Shown here piece by piece: positions 9,132 through 18,382 of a stretch of DNA of 64,000 bases. Origin of the DNA: Anaerolineae bacterium (GTDB lineage Bacteria > Chloroflexota > Anaerolineae > UBA1429); NCBI GenBank assembly GCA_963675785.1, contig OY776562.1, positions 1,984,001-2,048,000 of the forward strand, given 5' to 3'. Both the position numbers and the translations under genes were made by a program. The notes under the pieces are model-generated. The model was given only the letters and a program-made list of their open reading frames with translations, was not told where the DNA came from and ran no database searches. Each line of letters begins with the position of its first letter. Positions within the stretch are counted from its first letter, which is position 1.

Positions 9132-10010
9132 ATGAATACGAGTAGTTATTTTGCCTTGCCGAAAAAGAACTATGCAGGCCAGTATAGGCTCGGTGATGCA
9201 AATATCCCCTGCTACAGCAAAAAGCAGATGAATAGTCTTTATCCTCACCAAGATTATCTCGTCTTAGGCGAGATAGCCCCGAAGAGCGGGGAAAAAGCCG
9301 TCGGCACCCTAAAGAGCGATGATGGCGAATACGAGATATACCCCTACTTGTCGCATAATCGCCGCACGCATGCCGAAAAGGGCTTTGTGGCAGTAGATGG
9401 CGGCGAGGATCAATATGTGGCGCTGCTCAAAAATAATAGTGCGTCACGCTACTTGATCATGTTTCTGTCCTTTATAGTAATTGTCGGCCTTTCATTAGCG
9501 TTGCCTAGCCTCAACACGCCTTCGAATACAGAGTCCCCGACCACAGCACCAACGGCCGTCAAACAGCCAACCTCTGAGCCCATCATGACCGATCAACCAA
9601 CTGCTGAAGCTATTGTTGCACCCACGCCAACCCGAGCACTCGAGTTGGAAGAAGGCGCCGTAGCCTGGGAGGGCGTCCATACCGAGGATACGGGTGGTGT
9701 GACGCAAGGCATCGCCATTCCGGGGTACAAGAGCATCACCATTGATGCCAACACGACGGATGTCTCTGTGAACCTGCAAAACCCCGAAGGAAACCCCTGC
9801 TACTTTATCATCAGCTTGCTTTTGGACGATGGCACGAAACTGTACGAATCCAAGATGGTCTCACCAGGGATGGGGCTTTACGAAATCACCCTTACCCAAC
9901 CTCTGACCCCTGGCGAATACCCGGCAACCATCAAATACGAGACGTACAGCCTGGAAGGACTCAACCCGCTGAACGGCGCGGAAGTCAAAATTACCTTGAT
10001 CGCACAATAG
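9132..10010 (+). CDS. Single-pass membrane protein with Pro/Thr linker and C-terminal Ig-like domain
   Basis: TM YLIMFLSFIVIVGLSLAL; C-terminal IAIPGY...NPEGNPCYF...LYES...PG...GEY...NGA domain; RBS GAGGAG. Confidence 0.7.
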   Translation: MNTSSYFALPKKNYAGQYRLGDANIPCYSKKQMNSLYPHQDYLVLGEIAPKSGEKAVGTLKSDDGEYEIYPYLSHNRRTHAEKGFVAVDGGEDQYVALLKNNSASRYLIMFLSFIVIVGLSLALPSLNTPSNTESPTTAPTAVKQPTSEPIMTDQPTAEAIVAPTPTRALELEEGAVAWEGVHTEDTGGVTQGIAIPGYKSITIDANTTDVSVNLQNPEGNPCYFIISLLLDDGTKLYESKMVSPGMGLYEITLTQPLTPGEYPATIKYETYSLEGLNPLNGAEVKITLIAQ

Positions 10011-10135
10011 GGCTGGAAATGCCAGAGGAGTGCGTATGGTCGAGTTTGGTCAAGTGACTGGATCACAGCGATGAGGGAAAGGGGACCCGCTAGGCGAGTT
10101 CCTCAACAAACAAGCACGAACTTTAGGAGGAAGAC

Positions 10136-11221
10136 ATGAAAAAGTTGTTTACCGTGGTGTTGGCCTTGAGTCTGATGTTGGTTTGTGTGCCCATGATGGT
10201 CTCAGCAGATACATCCGTTTATGGAACCCTCAGCGGTAATATCGGTAATACAGGTGGAACTCTTACCTTTACCCCCACTGATACGGCGATCGCGCCGTAT
10301 GTTTTGACGTTCTCAATCACGTCCGCAGAAGAAGCTGACCAAATAACTTCATTTACGGCAGATATAACCAACGAAGTTAGTGGTGCTATTAACGGTACCG
10401 TTTCAGGCAAGATGAACATCAACGGTTGCGATTCTGTGTACGCCGCTTTCACTGACCTTACAATTGGTGGCCAACCCGTCTATCTCACCGGCAACTTTGC
10501 CGGGGCGAGTTCCGGAGATTTTGTAGGTAAGATCATGGTTGGCGATGCGCCAGCAGCAGTTGAGAGCATTGCTATCGGAACAGCAACGGGCGTGGCTGAA
10601 GCTCAGGTGGGTGGCACGTTGCAGATGACAGCTGTGCTTACCCCCGAAAGCACAGCCGAAGTGACCTGGGCCGTCTGGTCGAACGATAGAGACGTCTATG
10701 CCACCATTGACAGGGTTACCGGCGTACTAAGCATAGTAGCTATGCCCGCTGATGGAAATGTGCTCGTTATCGCCAATACCCTTGATCCCAATGTAACCAC
10801 CCAAAACTATACCGTTAACGTTACGCCCAGCACTGGCACTGAAGTAACAGCCTCGGTCGAGCCCACCTACACCATCGTCATCCCCAGCGCTGTCGATTTT
10901 GGCACCCTGCAGAAAATCGATGCCATAAAAGAAGCGACCTTTACGGTAGAGGCAACAGATGTATTCATCGAAGACGGTGCTAGCATCAACGTTGCGGTCA
11001 CCAGCGACTTTGTTTTAGCATCTGGGAGTGAGCAACTGCCCTACAAACTGTACAATGGCAACAATGATGAATTCAGCGGAACCGCAACCGGTTTAGCATA
11101 TACCTCATTCACCTCAACCGGTACGGATGATGGCAAAGTAACAGTCAATCAGAATGATATCACCGCTGCCGGCGATTATGCTGGCACCATGACCTTTGCA
11201 ATCTCTTACGTCCTGCCCTGA
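10136..11221 (+). CDS. Secreted protein: Big_2-like Ig domain plus C-terminal WxL-like/pilin-like domain
   Basis: Signal peptide ...VSA/D; VGGTLQMTAVLTP...VTWAV...ATID; TEVTASVEPTYTIVIP...AGDYAGTMTFAI. Confidence 0.7.
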   Translation: MKKLFTVVLALSLMLVCVPMMVSADTSVYGTLSGNIGNTGGTLTFTPTDTAIAPYVLTFSITSAEEADQITSFTADITNEVSGAINGTVSGKMNINGCDSVYAAFTDLTIGGQPVYLTGNFAGASSGDFVGKIMVGDAPAAVESIAIGTATGVAEAQVGGTLQMTAVLTPESTAEVTWAVWSNDRDVYATIDRVTGVLSIVAMPADGNVLVIANTLDPNVTTQNYTVNVTPSTGTEVTASVEPTYTIVIPSAVDFGTLQKIDAIKEATFTVEATDVFIEDGASINVAVTSDFVLASGSEQLPYKLYNGNNDEFSGTATGLAYTSFTSTGTDDGKVTVNQNDITAAGDYAGTMTFAISYVLP

Positions 11222-11296
11222 TCGATTCGGGTGAATCTAAAACCACCGAGTGCCCTGGCGGCAGTGCCGTCAGGGCCAAGGAAAGAGGACTATACG

Positions 11297-11926
11297 GTGC
11301 CAAAGCGAGCCTCTTACATACTCATTGTGCTGCTGTTACTGGCAGCGCTGTGCCCGCCTTTCATCGTCGCAGATAGCGGGCAAATAACAGAGGTCACTGC
11401 CAGAATACCGTGTTTCTATTGCTTTACGCTGCCGTCCTCTGCCACAATCCCCTTTATGGACTGCGTCTGTTCAATAGGCTATTTTGAAATAGACGATCTG
11501 CTTTTACAGGATAACGAGACGCTCCAGATCGAGGTAGAAACCGGACCGCTTCAGCAGGTTGGTGTTCCAACCAACGTGTTGCCTTATACCATCGATTTCC
11601 CGCATCCCGAGTACATCGATCAATCCAACATCGGAGACAGGTACGAGATCGATGTCCTGATCGAAGAATCGGATTTTCGTGCGGCTCATAGCGGCATCTA
11701 TCGTGGAACACTGACCTTTAGCGTAAGAACTAGCACCACGAACGAGGCTTTGATAGTTAGTACAACCGACATTGAGGTGAATGCCGAATTTGATGCCCCG
11801 CTCTTGCCCACCGTTGAGCCTACAATCCAACCAACTGTGCAGCCGACAGTGCAACCCACAATTGAACCACCCACCACAACGACGATTTTGTGCCCCTTGT
11901 CTGCAAGAGCAACAGCCCCCGGATAA
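11297..11926 (+). CDS. Secreted protein with the same WxL-like domain and PT repeats
   Basis: Signal peptide; TEVTARIP...FTLP...SGIYRGTLTFSV; PTVEPTIQPTVQPTVQPTIEP; GTG start after GAGGA. Confidence 0.65.
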   Translation: MPKRASYILIVLLLLAALCPPFIVADSGQITEVTARIPCFYCFTLPSSATIPFMDCVCSIGYFEIDDLLLQDNETLQIEVETGPLQQVGVPTNVLPYTIDFPHPEYIDQSNIGDRYEIDVLIEESDFRAAHSGIYRGTLTFSVRTSTTNEALIVSTTDIEVNAEFDAPLLPTVEPTIQPTVQPTVQPTIEPPTTTTILCPLSARATAPG

Positions 11927-11998
11927 AAGACGTTGTTGTGCCCATGATGTATGCCAAATATCCACTTGCGTTGTTGAATCACTGATCTGGGGACATGA

Positions 11999-12038
11999 AC
12001 AAAGAGCTCTCTGCGCCGAAAAGGCAGAGAGCTCTTGT
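11999..12038. terminator. Hairpin between convergent transcription units
   Basis: ACAAAGAGCTCTCTGC-GCCGAAAAG-GCAGAGAGCTCTTGT. Confidence 0.65.
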
Positions 12039-12110
12039 CTATGGTGGAAGCAAAACATCAAGTTTTTAGGTCAAGCATACCTATCGGCTAACCAACCGCG
12101 CACAATCTGG

Positions 12111-12632
12111 CTATTTCTCAAAATCTCGGTACATCAAGCTCGCCTGTATGCCCGTGTTGTTCTGATATTTATTGCTATGATAGAGGTCATAGTCCCCCTC
12201 AATCGTATGGTAATAGATCTGGCAAACCTCGACATTGGGATAGATGATCAACGGCTGAATGCAAAACATCTCTAGCGTCCAATAGCCGGCAAAACCCACA
12301 TCGCCAAAGCCAGCCGTCACATGGATGAACAGTCCCAAGCGCCCCGTCGAAGAACGCCCCTCCAACATGGGCACAAAAGTCTCAGTTCGGGTGTATTCGT
12401 TTGTCCGGCCCAGATACAGCTTGCCCGGTTCAAGCAAAAAACCCTCTTCAGGAATGGTTATCGTTTGCGTCCTGTTGGGCTTTTTCATATCCAGCACGTC
12501 ATCCTCATACACAAGCAGTTCATTGTGCAACGAGAGGTTATAGCTGTTGGGATTGATCCGCGCTTCGTCAAAAGGCTCGATGATGATCTCGCTGCCCATG
12601 TGCCTCTTGATCTCTCTACCCGATAGTATCAT
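12111..12632 (-). CDS. dcd: dCTP deaminase (trimeric dUTPase fold)
   Basis: NPNSYNLSL, EGRSSTGRLGLFIHVTAGFGDVGFAGYWTLE, KYQNN; ATGA overlap with the upstream ORF. Confidence 0.93.
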   Translation of the reverse strand: MILSGREIKRHMGSEIIIEPFDEARINPNSYNLSLHNELLVYEDDVLDMKKPNRTQTITIPEEGFLLEPGKLYLGRTNEYTRTETFVPMLEGRSSTGRLGLFIHVTAGFGDVGFAGYWTLEMFCIQPLIIYPNVEVCQIYYHTIEGDYDLYHSNKYQNNTGIQASLMYRDFEK

Positions 12633-13480
12633 GTGCCGCATCCTATCTTGCTCATCAATCGCCCGATTCGCCAGGTACAATCCCCCACGCGATCAGCCTT
12701 TCGCCGCCACGAATCTGAAAGCGGGTAATACACGCCATCCTTGGCCTGGCTGCCCATATCCCAAAGGCCATCCTCGCTACGATTTTGCTCAAGCCAGTCC
12801 GTCACAAAAGCCAGCTTACCCCTACAGCGTTCATAATCCGCCAAGAGCTCGACCGCCGCCAGATAGCGAATGGCAGCCTTGCTCATGAACTGATCGGGCA
12901 ACACGCATAGCGGGGCGTCATAAATGTAATAGATGCCCGTCTCGTGCCTCAAAACATGCTCTAGGAAGAGGGCTTCTTCTCGTGAAGCCAAACAGCCCAC
13001 CAGTAGCGAGACTGGGTAAAAGGAAACGAAATCGACGAGTCGCCCACCTCGCGCTTGCTTCTGAAAGCAGGCTTGATAGGAGCGCAGGTAATCTTTATCA
13101 TCATAGCAACCCGAATGAAACGCACCCGAGATGACCTCGGCCCACATCCGCGCCGCCGCATTGGCATTAGCATCGTCTGGTGTAAAACGCCGAATCCAGG
13201 TAGCCAGCATGAGACGCGTAAAGATATCCCAATCGTGCATCTTTTCGCGGCGGTCGGGCAGCGTCTTTTCCCCTATAAGGCAAGCGTGCATGTAATCGAC
13301 AGCCCTCCGAATGGGGGTATCCTCGATTGTGTAGCCCAGTACCGACAACCTCCGCAAGGCCTGCTCCGTCGTTATGGGCCGTTCTTTGGTGGGTTGGCTG
13401 AGTGTGTGAAAATACCCCCATGATCCCTCGGGGGTTTGCAGTGCCACGATCTCTTGCGCCCATTTCGAGCCCTTGAACAT
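12629..13480 (-). CDS. Hypothetical protein with QW-like motifs (prenyltransferase/terpene-cyclase alpha-alpha barrel-like)
   Basis: LQTPEGSWG and WLEQNRSEDGLWD; RBS GGAGG. Confidence 0.65.
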   Translation of the reverse strand: MFKGSKWAQEIVALQTPEGSWGYFHTLSQPTKERPITTEQALRRLSVLGYTIEDTPIRRAVDYMHACLIGEKTLPDRREKMHDWDIFTRLMLATWIRRFTPDDANANAAARMWAEVISGAFHSGCYDDKDYLRSYQACFQKQARGGRLVDFVSFYPVSLLVGCLASREEALFLEHVLRHETGIYYIYDAPLCVLPDQFMSKAAIRYLAAVELLADYERCRGKLAFVTDWLEQNRSEDGLWDMGSQAKDGVYYPLSDSWRRKADRVGDCTWRIGRLMSKIGCGT

Positions 13481-13534
13481 ACGCGTCTCCTCCAGAACCT
13501 CAGCCAGTCGACATAGTCACACAAGTCCGTTGAC

Positions 13535-14350
13535 TCACCGAGAACCAAGAACCCGCGTCTCTTCTACAAGATCATTTAGCATCTGCACCGAGTTTCCAAT
13601 GCCCTCAGCACAACCGCCAAGATGTACAACTTCCAAGAGTCGCATCGAACAATCCTCTGGCGCCGTGGCAAAACCAGATAGATATTGCATGTTTCGCTTG
13701 CGGCTGGGGAAATAGACCTTGTTTGCCGCAAATAAAGCCTGCAAAAGGTGATCGAGGGCATTTTCAAGTACTTGATGATAGAAGAGCGGATCTTTTCGTT
13801 CTACCGCACGAGACAGCCCTTCTCTATCGAGCACGCGGCCAAGGTGATATTCGTACATTTTGGTGGATAGATCGTCTGGGTACTTTGCCAATCTATCCTT
13901 CAAAGCGTCAAGAAAACCCGTCCTGTCATACAAGATTCCGATACTGGCAAAGGTAGCACAGCGTCCGATCGGGTAGAAATCCCCTTCCCTATCAAGGGCA
14001 TTCCCGGCAAGCACATTGCTGATGTACGCTTCCGTCTCTACAGCCGCAAAATACATTGGCATCGTATCGACACCACAAACATCGAAAACATCTCCCGTAC
14101 CCCAAATGCCCCCTTGGCAAACTTGCATCGCGCAACTGTTGGCAGTGCCGTCCTGCAAAAGGGGCGCGTACTTGTCTTCTCTAGCGCTATATAAAGGGAT
14201 AGAGTCGCAAATGACAAAGAGGTCGATATCGCCTTTACCCGCTTCAGGTATCTCCTCAGAATTCCCCGTTCTGCCGATGGCAATGACCTCCTCAAAACAG
14301 GCCAAGGTGTCAATCAAGCGATCAAGTTTGGCACGTATCGCCATTTCCAT
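13535..14350 (-). CDS. Nucleotidyltransferase-fold protein (DUF4037-like)
   Basis: GRTG...GDIDLFV NTase-like motif; ILYDRTG; LFAANKVYFPSRKR. Confidence 0.75.
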   Translation of the reverse strand: MEMAIRAKLDRLIDTLACFEEVIAIGRTGNSEEIPEAGKGDIDLFVICDSIPLYSAREDKYAPLLQDGTANSCAMQVCQGGIWGTGDVFDVCGVDTMPMYFAAVETEAYISNVLAGNALDREGDFYPIGRCATFASIGILYDRTGFLDALKDRLAKYPDDLSTKMYEYHLGRVLDREGLSRAVERKDPLFYHQVLENALDHLLQALFAANKVYFPSRKRNMQYLSGFATAPEDCSMRLLEVVHLGGCAEGIGNSVQMLNDLVEETRVLGSR

Positions 14351-14436
14351 GATTCTCCTCAGGTTCAAACCATCTTACGTATTTGCGACAAATTGGAGTT
14401 TGCACTGACGCGTCATGCCCTTTTCATCTGCTGAAC

Positions 14437-15399
14437 TTACCCCTGTTCCAAGCGATCAAAGATCCTCAGGCACAGATAGGTCAAATAAGGAGAAGGCTCT
14501 TTCTTTTGGCCGAAATCCCATGCCTTTAGCTTTCGGTACACCGATTCCGGCGTAAAAAAGCCATCCGCATCCTGTTTGTCCTTTATCAGGGTGACCATTT
14601 CCATAAAACGCGGATCATGGTGCACACATGGATACTTGCTCAGTACGCCAGTCACACTGACGATATCGTACCAATGGGACGGCGCCTTGAGCTTGCGAAA
14701 ATCCGTCCCCATGTAAAAAATGTACGGATGCTGTTCACGGCTATTTTCCCATAGGGATAGCAGGGCTTCCACCGCCGTAACTGCCGCAGGCGAGTCGCGG
14801 TATTCCAGTATATAAGATAGCAAATCGGCCATGATCAACGTCGCGTAAGGGCAGCAATCGTCTTTTCTCCCTGGCCCCCGGAACTTGCCCAACTCCGGGG
14901 AAGCAGCGCAGGGGAAACCGTTGTCTCGGCTCAATGAAACAAGGTAATCGACGCCAGGCTTGATGTACTCTGAGTAATCCACGCCCGCCTTTAAAAGCGC
15001 AAGCAATAACAGGGGCGCATCGCATAGGCACCAACTGAACGTATCCTCGCCCGTCCCTCCAAAATGCTTGGGGACATTGGTCATTGACTGATAAACGCCA
15101 TAGTCGTCTCGATGCTCGATAATCTCATCAATGGCTTTTTTGATCTCCGGGATATCTATGTCGAATCCGATATCCAGTAAGAACAACAGCTTGTGTATCG
15201 CCAGGTCAGGATTTTTGTGGTTTGTTACCGGCATGCCATAAAAATCTGCAACATCTGATATATAGTTCTGAATTCTTTCGTCCGCCAGCGCTGCTTCCCA
15301 GAGTTCAATGATCTCATCCTTGGGCTTGTGGCACAGATGAACATAGATCGCGTATTTCAGCCAATCTTCGCTGCGATCCAACAGGCTTTGATACGTCAT
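14437..15399 (-). CDS. Hypothetical alpha-alpha barrel (prenyltransferase-like) protein
   Basis: FRGPGRKDDCCPYAT, FYMGTDFRKLKAP, KQDADGFF, DFGQKKEPSPYLT; RBS GGGAGG. Confidence 0.7.
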   Translation of the reverse strand: MTYQSLLDRSEDWLKYAIYVHLCHKPKDEIIELWEAALADERIQNYISDVADFYGMPVTNHKNPDLAIHKLLFLLDIGFDIDIPEIKKAIDEIIEHRDDYGVYQSMTNVPKHFGGTGEDTFSWCLCDAPLLLLALLKAGVDYSEYIKPGVDYLVSLSRDNGFPCAASPELGKFRGPGRKDDCCPYATLIMADLLSYILEYRDSPAAVTAVEALLSLWENSREQHPYIFYMGTDFRKLKAPSHWYDIVSVTGVLSKYPCVHHDPRFMEMVTLIKDKQDADGFFTPESVYRKLKAWDFGQKKEPSPYLTYLCLRIFDRLEQG

Positions 15400-15585
15400 T
15401 TGCCCCTCCCCTTTTGAATGAGATGGCACGCTAGAGTTACGAATTCATGCAGCGCTCAACTCTGTTTGCCCATTCCATCCAATAGCTGCCTTTATCATAA
15501 CATGCCCTGTCATACTAAAAAAGCAGCTAGCCAAGCTAACTGCTCTACCCCTTTTACCAAAAAACACAAGCAAATCAAAGACCAT

Positions 15586-16359
15586 TTACTTGTCATAGTG
15601 CCTACTCATCTCTGAAAAGAAATCCCCACAGATAACGTTTGCCTTCTCTGAGAGTAGAGGAACATCGCAAACTTGACCCATCTCAATCCCATCAATCCCC
15701 TTGAACAATCTGTCACCATCACGATTGATAATTGTGCTTCGTCCCAAGAACACTGCTTCAATAGTAGAATTCTGCTGTTTGCCGATTCGATTACAAAGAA
15801 TCAGAGGAGTTAGATTTTCTATCGCCCTGATCCGGGAGATATCATAGGTCGTTTCCCCACCAAAGTTAGCAAGCACGCAAAGTAAATCAGCGCCTTGCCT
15901 AACTTGTTCTCGTGATATTTCAGGGAACCACAAATCAAAGCATATTTGAACGCCGATTTTGATGCCATTCGCCTCAAACACCGTATTGGCATCGCCACTA
16001 TCAAATAGTTTTTTCTCAAAATCAGATAGATGGATTTTTCTATACACGCCACGAATAATTCCGTTTTCAATAATAACGGATGAATTATAGATTTTTCCCC
16101 CATCACGTTCTGCAACGCCAGAAACAATCGTACATCCCTTTTGCGCGGATAAGAGCTTTAGGTTATCTACAAACGCGTTTTCATTGATTGGCTTGGAGAG
16201 ATTGTTGAGTTCATTTCTATCCTCAAACAGATAACCGCAATCGCACAGTTCTGGCAGAACAACTATCTCACAATCCATACTTGTGATATGCTTTTGCACA
16301 ATATCAAAATTTTCTCTTCCATCTCTCGTAACGTCATATTGGACAAAGCCTATTTTCAT
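15586..16359 (-). CDS. Carbon-nitrogen hydrolase (nitrilase family)
   Basis: E-K-C triad: LPEL, YRKIHL, QICFDLWFPE; visibly AT-rich. Confidence 0.9.
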   Translation of the reverse strand: MKIGFVQYDVTRDGRENFDIVQKHITSMDCEIVVLPELCDCGYLFEDRNELNNLSKPINENAFVDNLKLLSAQKGCTIVSGVAERDGGKIYNSSVIIENGIIRGVYRKIHLSDFEKKLFDSGDANTVFEANGIKIGVQICFDLWFPEISREQVRQGADLLCVLANFGGETTYDISRIRAIENLTPLILCNRIGKQQNSTIEAVFLGRSTIINRDGDRLFKGIDGIEMGQVCDVPLLSEKANVICGDFFSEMSRHYDK

Positions 16360-16437
16360 GATTGCCCCTACATTCTGCCCCCAATAAGAGCGCCTGGCAC
16401 TAAAATCGCACATCCAAGCGCCCGGGTCAAATAAAAG

Positions 16438-16468
16438 ACCTCGCATGAATCATGAATTCATGCGAGGT
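16438..16468. terminator. Inverted repeat downstream of the MerR gene
   Basis: ACCTCGCATGAAT-CATGA-ATTCATGCGAGGT. Confidence 0.55.
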
Positions 16469-16508
16469 TCTAGCATAGCAGGTACAACGACCTGACAAAA
16501 GAATCTTG

Positions 16509-17504
16509 CTACTTGGCTTTTTCCTTGACCGGGAGCAGCAAATCGAACTGTATCTCTTTGTCGTCGAACTCGGGGTTTTGAAGGTCACTCCAGAAATTTA
16601 GATGCTCTTCGAGACAGAAATCCATGTCCTTTTCAAAAGGAGAGCAGCGCAGCGTCCCACAATCGGATGCGTAAAGCGGATTTTCAATCACCCAATCGTG
16701 CAGAAACTTCCACTGCTCAAAGTCGCCCATTTTGATCATATGAGCGGCATAAAGCCCGCCGGTGAAGCTACGCTTTACCAGCGGTTCCGGCACGTCCATA
16801 TCAGGGGGGATGGAAACCCACACTTGATACTTGAGAGAACCCTCGCCGATACCCGTCTGTCCGCAAGAACAATCGAAACCAAAGTGTCGGATATCGGGCT
16901 TGATTTTCAGCAAATCCCTTTCCAGCACAAACCGATTGATCATGTCTGCGGCTTTACCCTCACAGTTTTCTCCCGTTGCGCTGGCAGAGGCCACCGTCAT
17001 CGGCGGCAAATAGATGATTCTCACGTCGGTTAGCTTGTCCAACTTGGCCTTGGCACGGTTCAAATCTTCCATTGACTTTTTCTCCTTGAAATTGATCTTT
17101 GAGACCGTCAGGGAGTCCACAACTTCCAACAGCTGCTCATCATCAAGTAACGCAACTCTTGTGCCATTGAGATTTAGCTTTTCGATAAAGGATTGAAGAA
17201 TGCTCCGAATCGTGGATAACGCGGTTATTTCATCCTCTATCTCGTCAAGATTGCGCTCAAACGTCTCAATGACTTTCTCCATGTCGCTGTCTTCCAATAT
17301 CTCTGCAATCTGTCCAAGAGGTATACGGAGTTTTCGCAGGATAAGGATTTGTCTAAGCCGCAAAAGGGTATCTGCCTCATATGTGCGGTAGGCAAAATCC
17401 TCTTTCTTCACCGACGCAATCAGCCCAATTTGCTCATAATAGCGGAGTGTTCGGGTTGATATATTGAACAGCTTGGACACCTGACTGATGGTCTGTAATT
17501 CCAC
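16509..17504 (-). CDS. MerR family regulator with GyrI-like effector domain
   Basis: TISQVSKLFNISTRTLRYYEQIGLI; C-terminal FTGGLYAAH...QFDLLLPVK. Confidence 0.92.
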   Translation of the reverse strand: MELQTISQVSKLFNISTRTLRYYEQIGLIASVKKEDFAYRTYEADTLLRLRQILILRKLRIPLGQIAEILEDSDMEKVIETFERNLDEIEDEITALSTIRSILQSFIEKLNLNGTRVALLDDEQLLEVVDSLTVSKINFKEKKSMEDLNRAKAKLDKLTDVRIIYLPPMTVASASATGENCEGKAADMINRFVLERDLLKIKPDIRHFGFDCSCGQTGIGEGSLKYQVWVSIPPDMDVPEPLVKRSFTGGLYAAHMIKMGDFEQWKFLHDWVIENPLYASDCGTLRCSPFEKDMDFCLEEHLNFWSDLQNPEFDDKEIQFDLLLPVKEKAK

Positions 17505-17525
17505 AACAACCCTCCTTTCAACTCA

Positions 17526-17556
17526 ACTATACAGGTTGACGCGACGTTCAAGTCAA
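17526..17556 (-). promoter_or_regulatory. MerR-type promoter with 19-bp spacer
   Basis: Minus strand TTGACT-TGAACGTCGCGTCAACCTG(19 bp)-TATAGT with TTGA...TCAA dyad. Confidence 0.8.
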
Positions 17557-17715
17557 TAGAAAAATTCAGGAATAATTAAAACTGGTGTGTTCTCGCCTCA
17601 TCGGTAAACCAAAATTCTGCTTCCGATTTGTGCCTTTTCAAATACATGGGCAACAAAGATTTGGTTGTCATTACGCAACATAGCTGCATATATGTAAGGT
17701 ACCATATCTTGGAAT

Positions 17716-17750
17716 AAAAAAGAGCCCCTTCATACGAAAGGGCTCTTTTT
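17716..17750. terminator. Orphan bidirectional terminator
   Basis: AAAAAAGAGCCCCTT-CATACG-AAAGGGCTCTTTTT. Confidence 0.7.
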
Positions 17751-18382
17751 CTAGGGAAATGGCGCAAACAAATTTCCCAGTCAGGCAAATTGTCGGCTAG
17801 TTGAGCAGCAAATTTTATTCCTTATCTTCATGTCATAGCTATACTATTCATTTTGCGATGTACCGGCTTCATGTTTCAGCAAGTAACCGTGTTCTTTCTT
17901 GATGAGCTTTTTTTATTTCCTCAATCACCACCAAATCCTCGTTTGGTATCACCAGTGCTTTTGAGCCGCAGCAAGACTGAGTTTCGCCATCGAGAAACTC
18001 AACTTTATAATACTGGGAAAATCATCCTTTCATAGATAAAGCCACCGTCACCCACACCTAGAAAAGTCCATTTTCAAATATTCCACGTGAGCAGATTCAA
18101 TCAATCGGAGGTACCGCCAAAGGAGGCAAATCCTACAAAAAGGGGGCAAAAAAGACTATCTCTTTTGCCCCTTTTATAAAGTTATGCTTCAAATAGAATT
18201 TTGCGCGCGAACGGTAGTGAGTCGCCAAGTGCGGGATCCAAGCGCTTGGCTACGGTCAAAATCTTGCCGTAGACGAGACTCACTCCCGCGAGGGATGCCA
18301 AATCAAGCCAGAGGGGGTTACTCTCTATCTAAACGATCAATTGGAATTGGTTAGCTTCATATAATGTCTGTCTTGAACAGTA

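Noticed and set aside
12111-12632. Antiphage dCTP deaminase
   Set aside because: Housekeeping trimeric Dcd fold; lacks the kinase plus HAE/PCxxC Zn-deaminase architecture
17758-17770. TGGCGCAAAC as a tRNA 3'-end (att) duplicate
   Set aside because: Only 5 bases match the tRNA-Asp end (TGGCG); not significant
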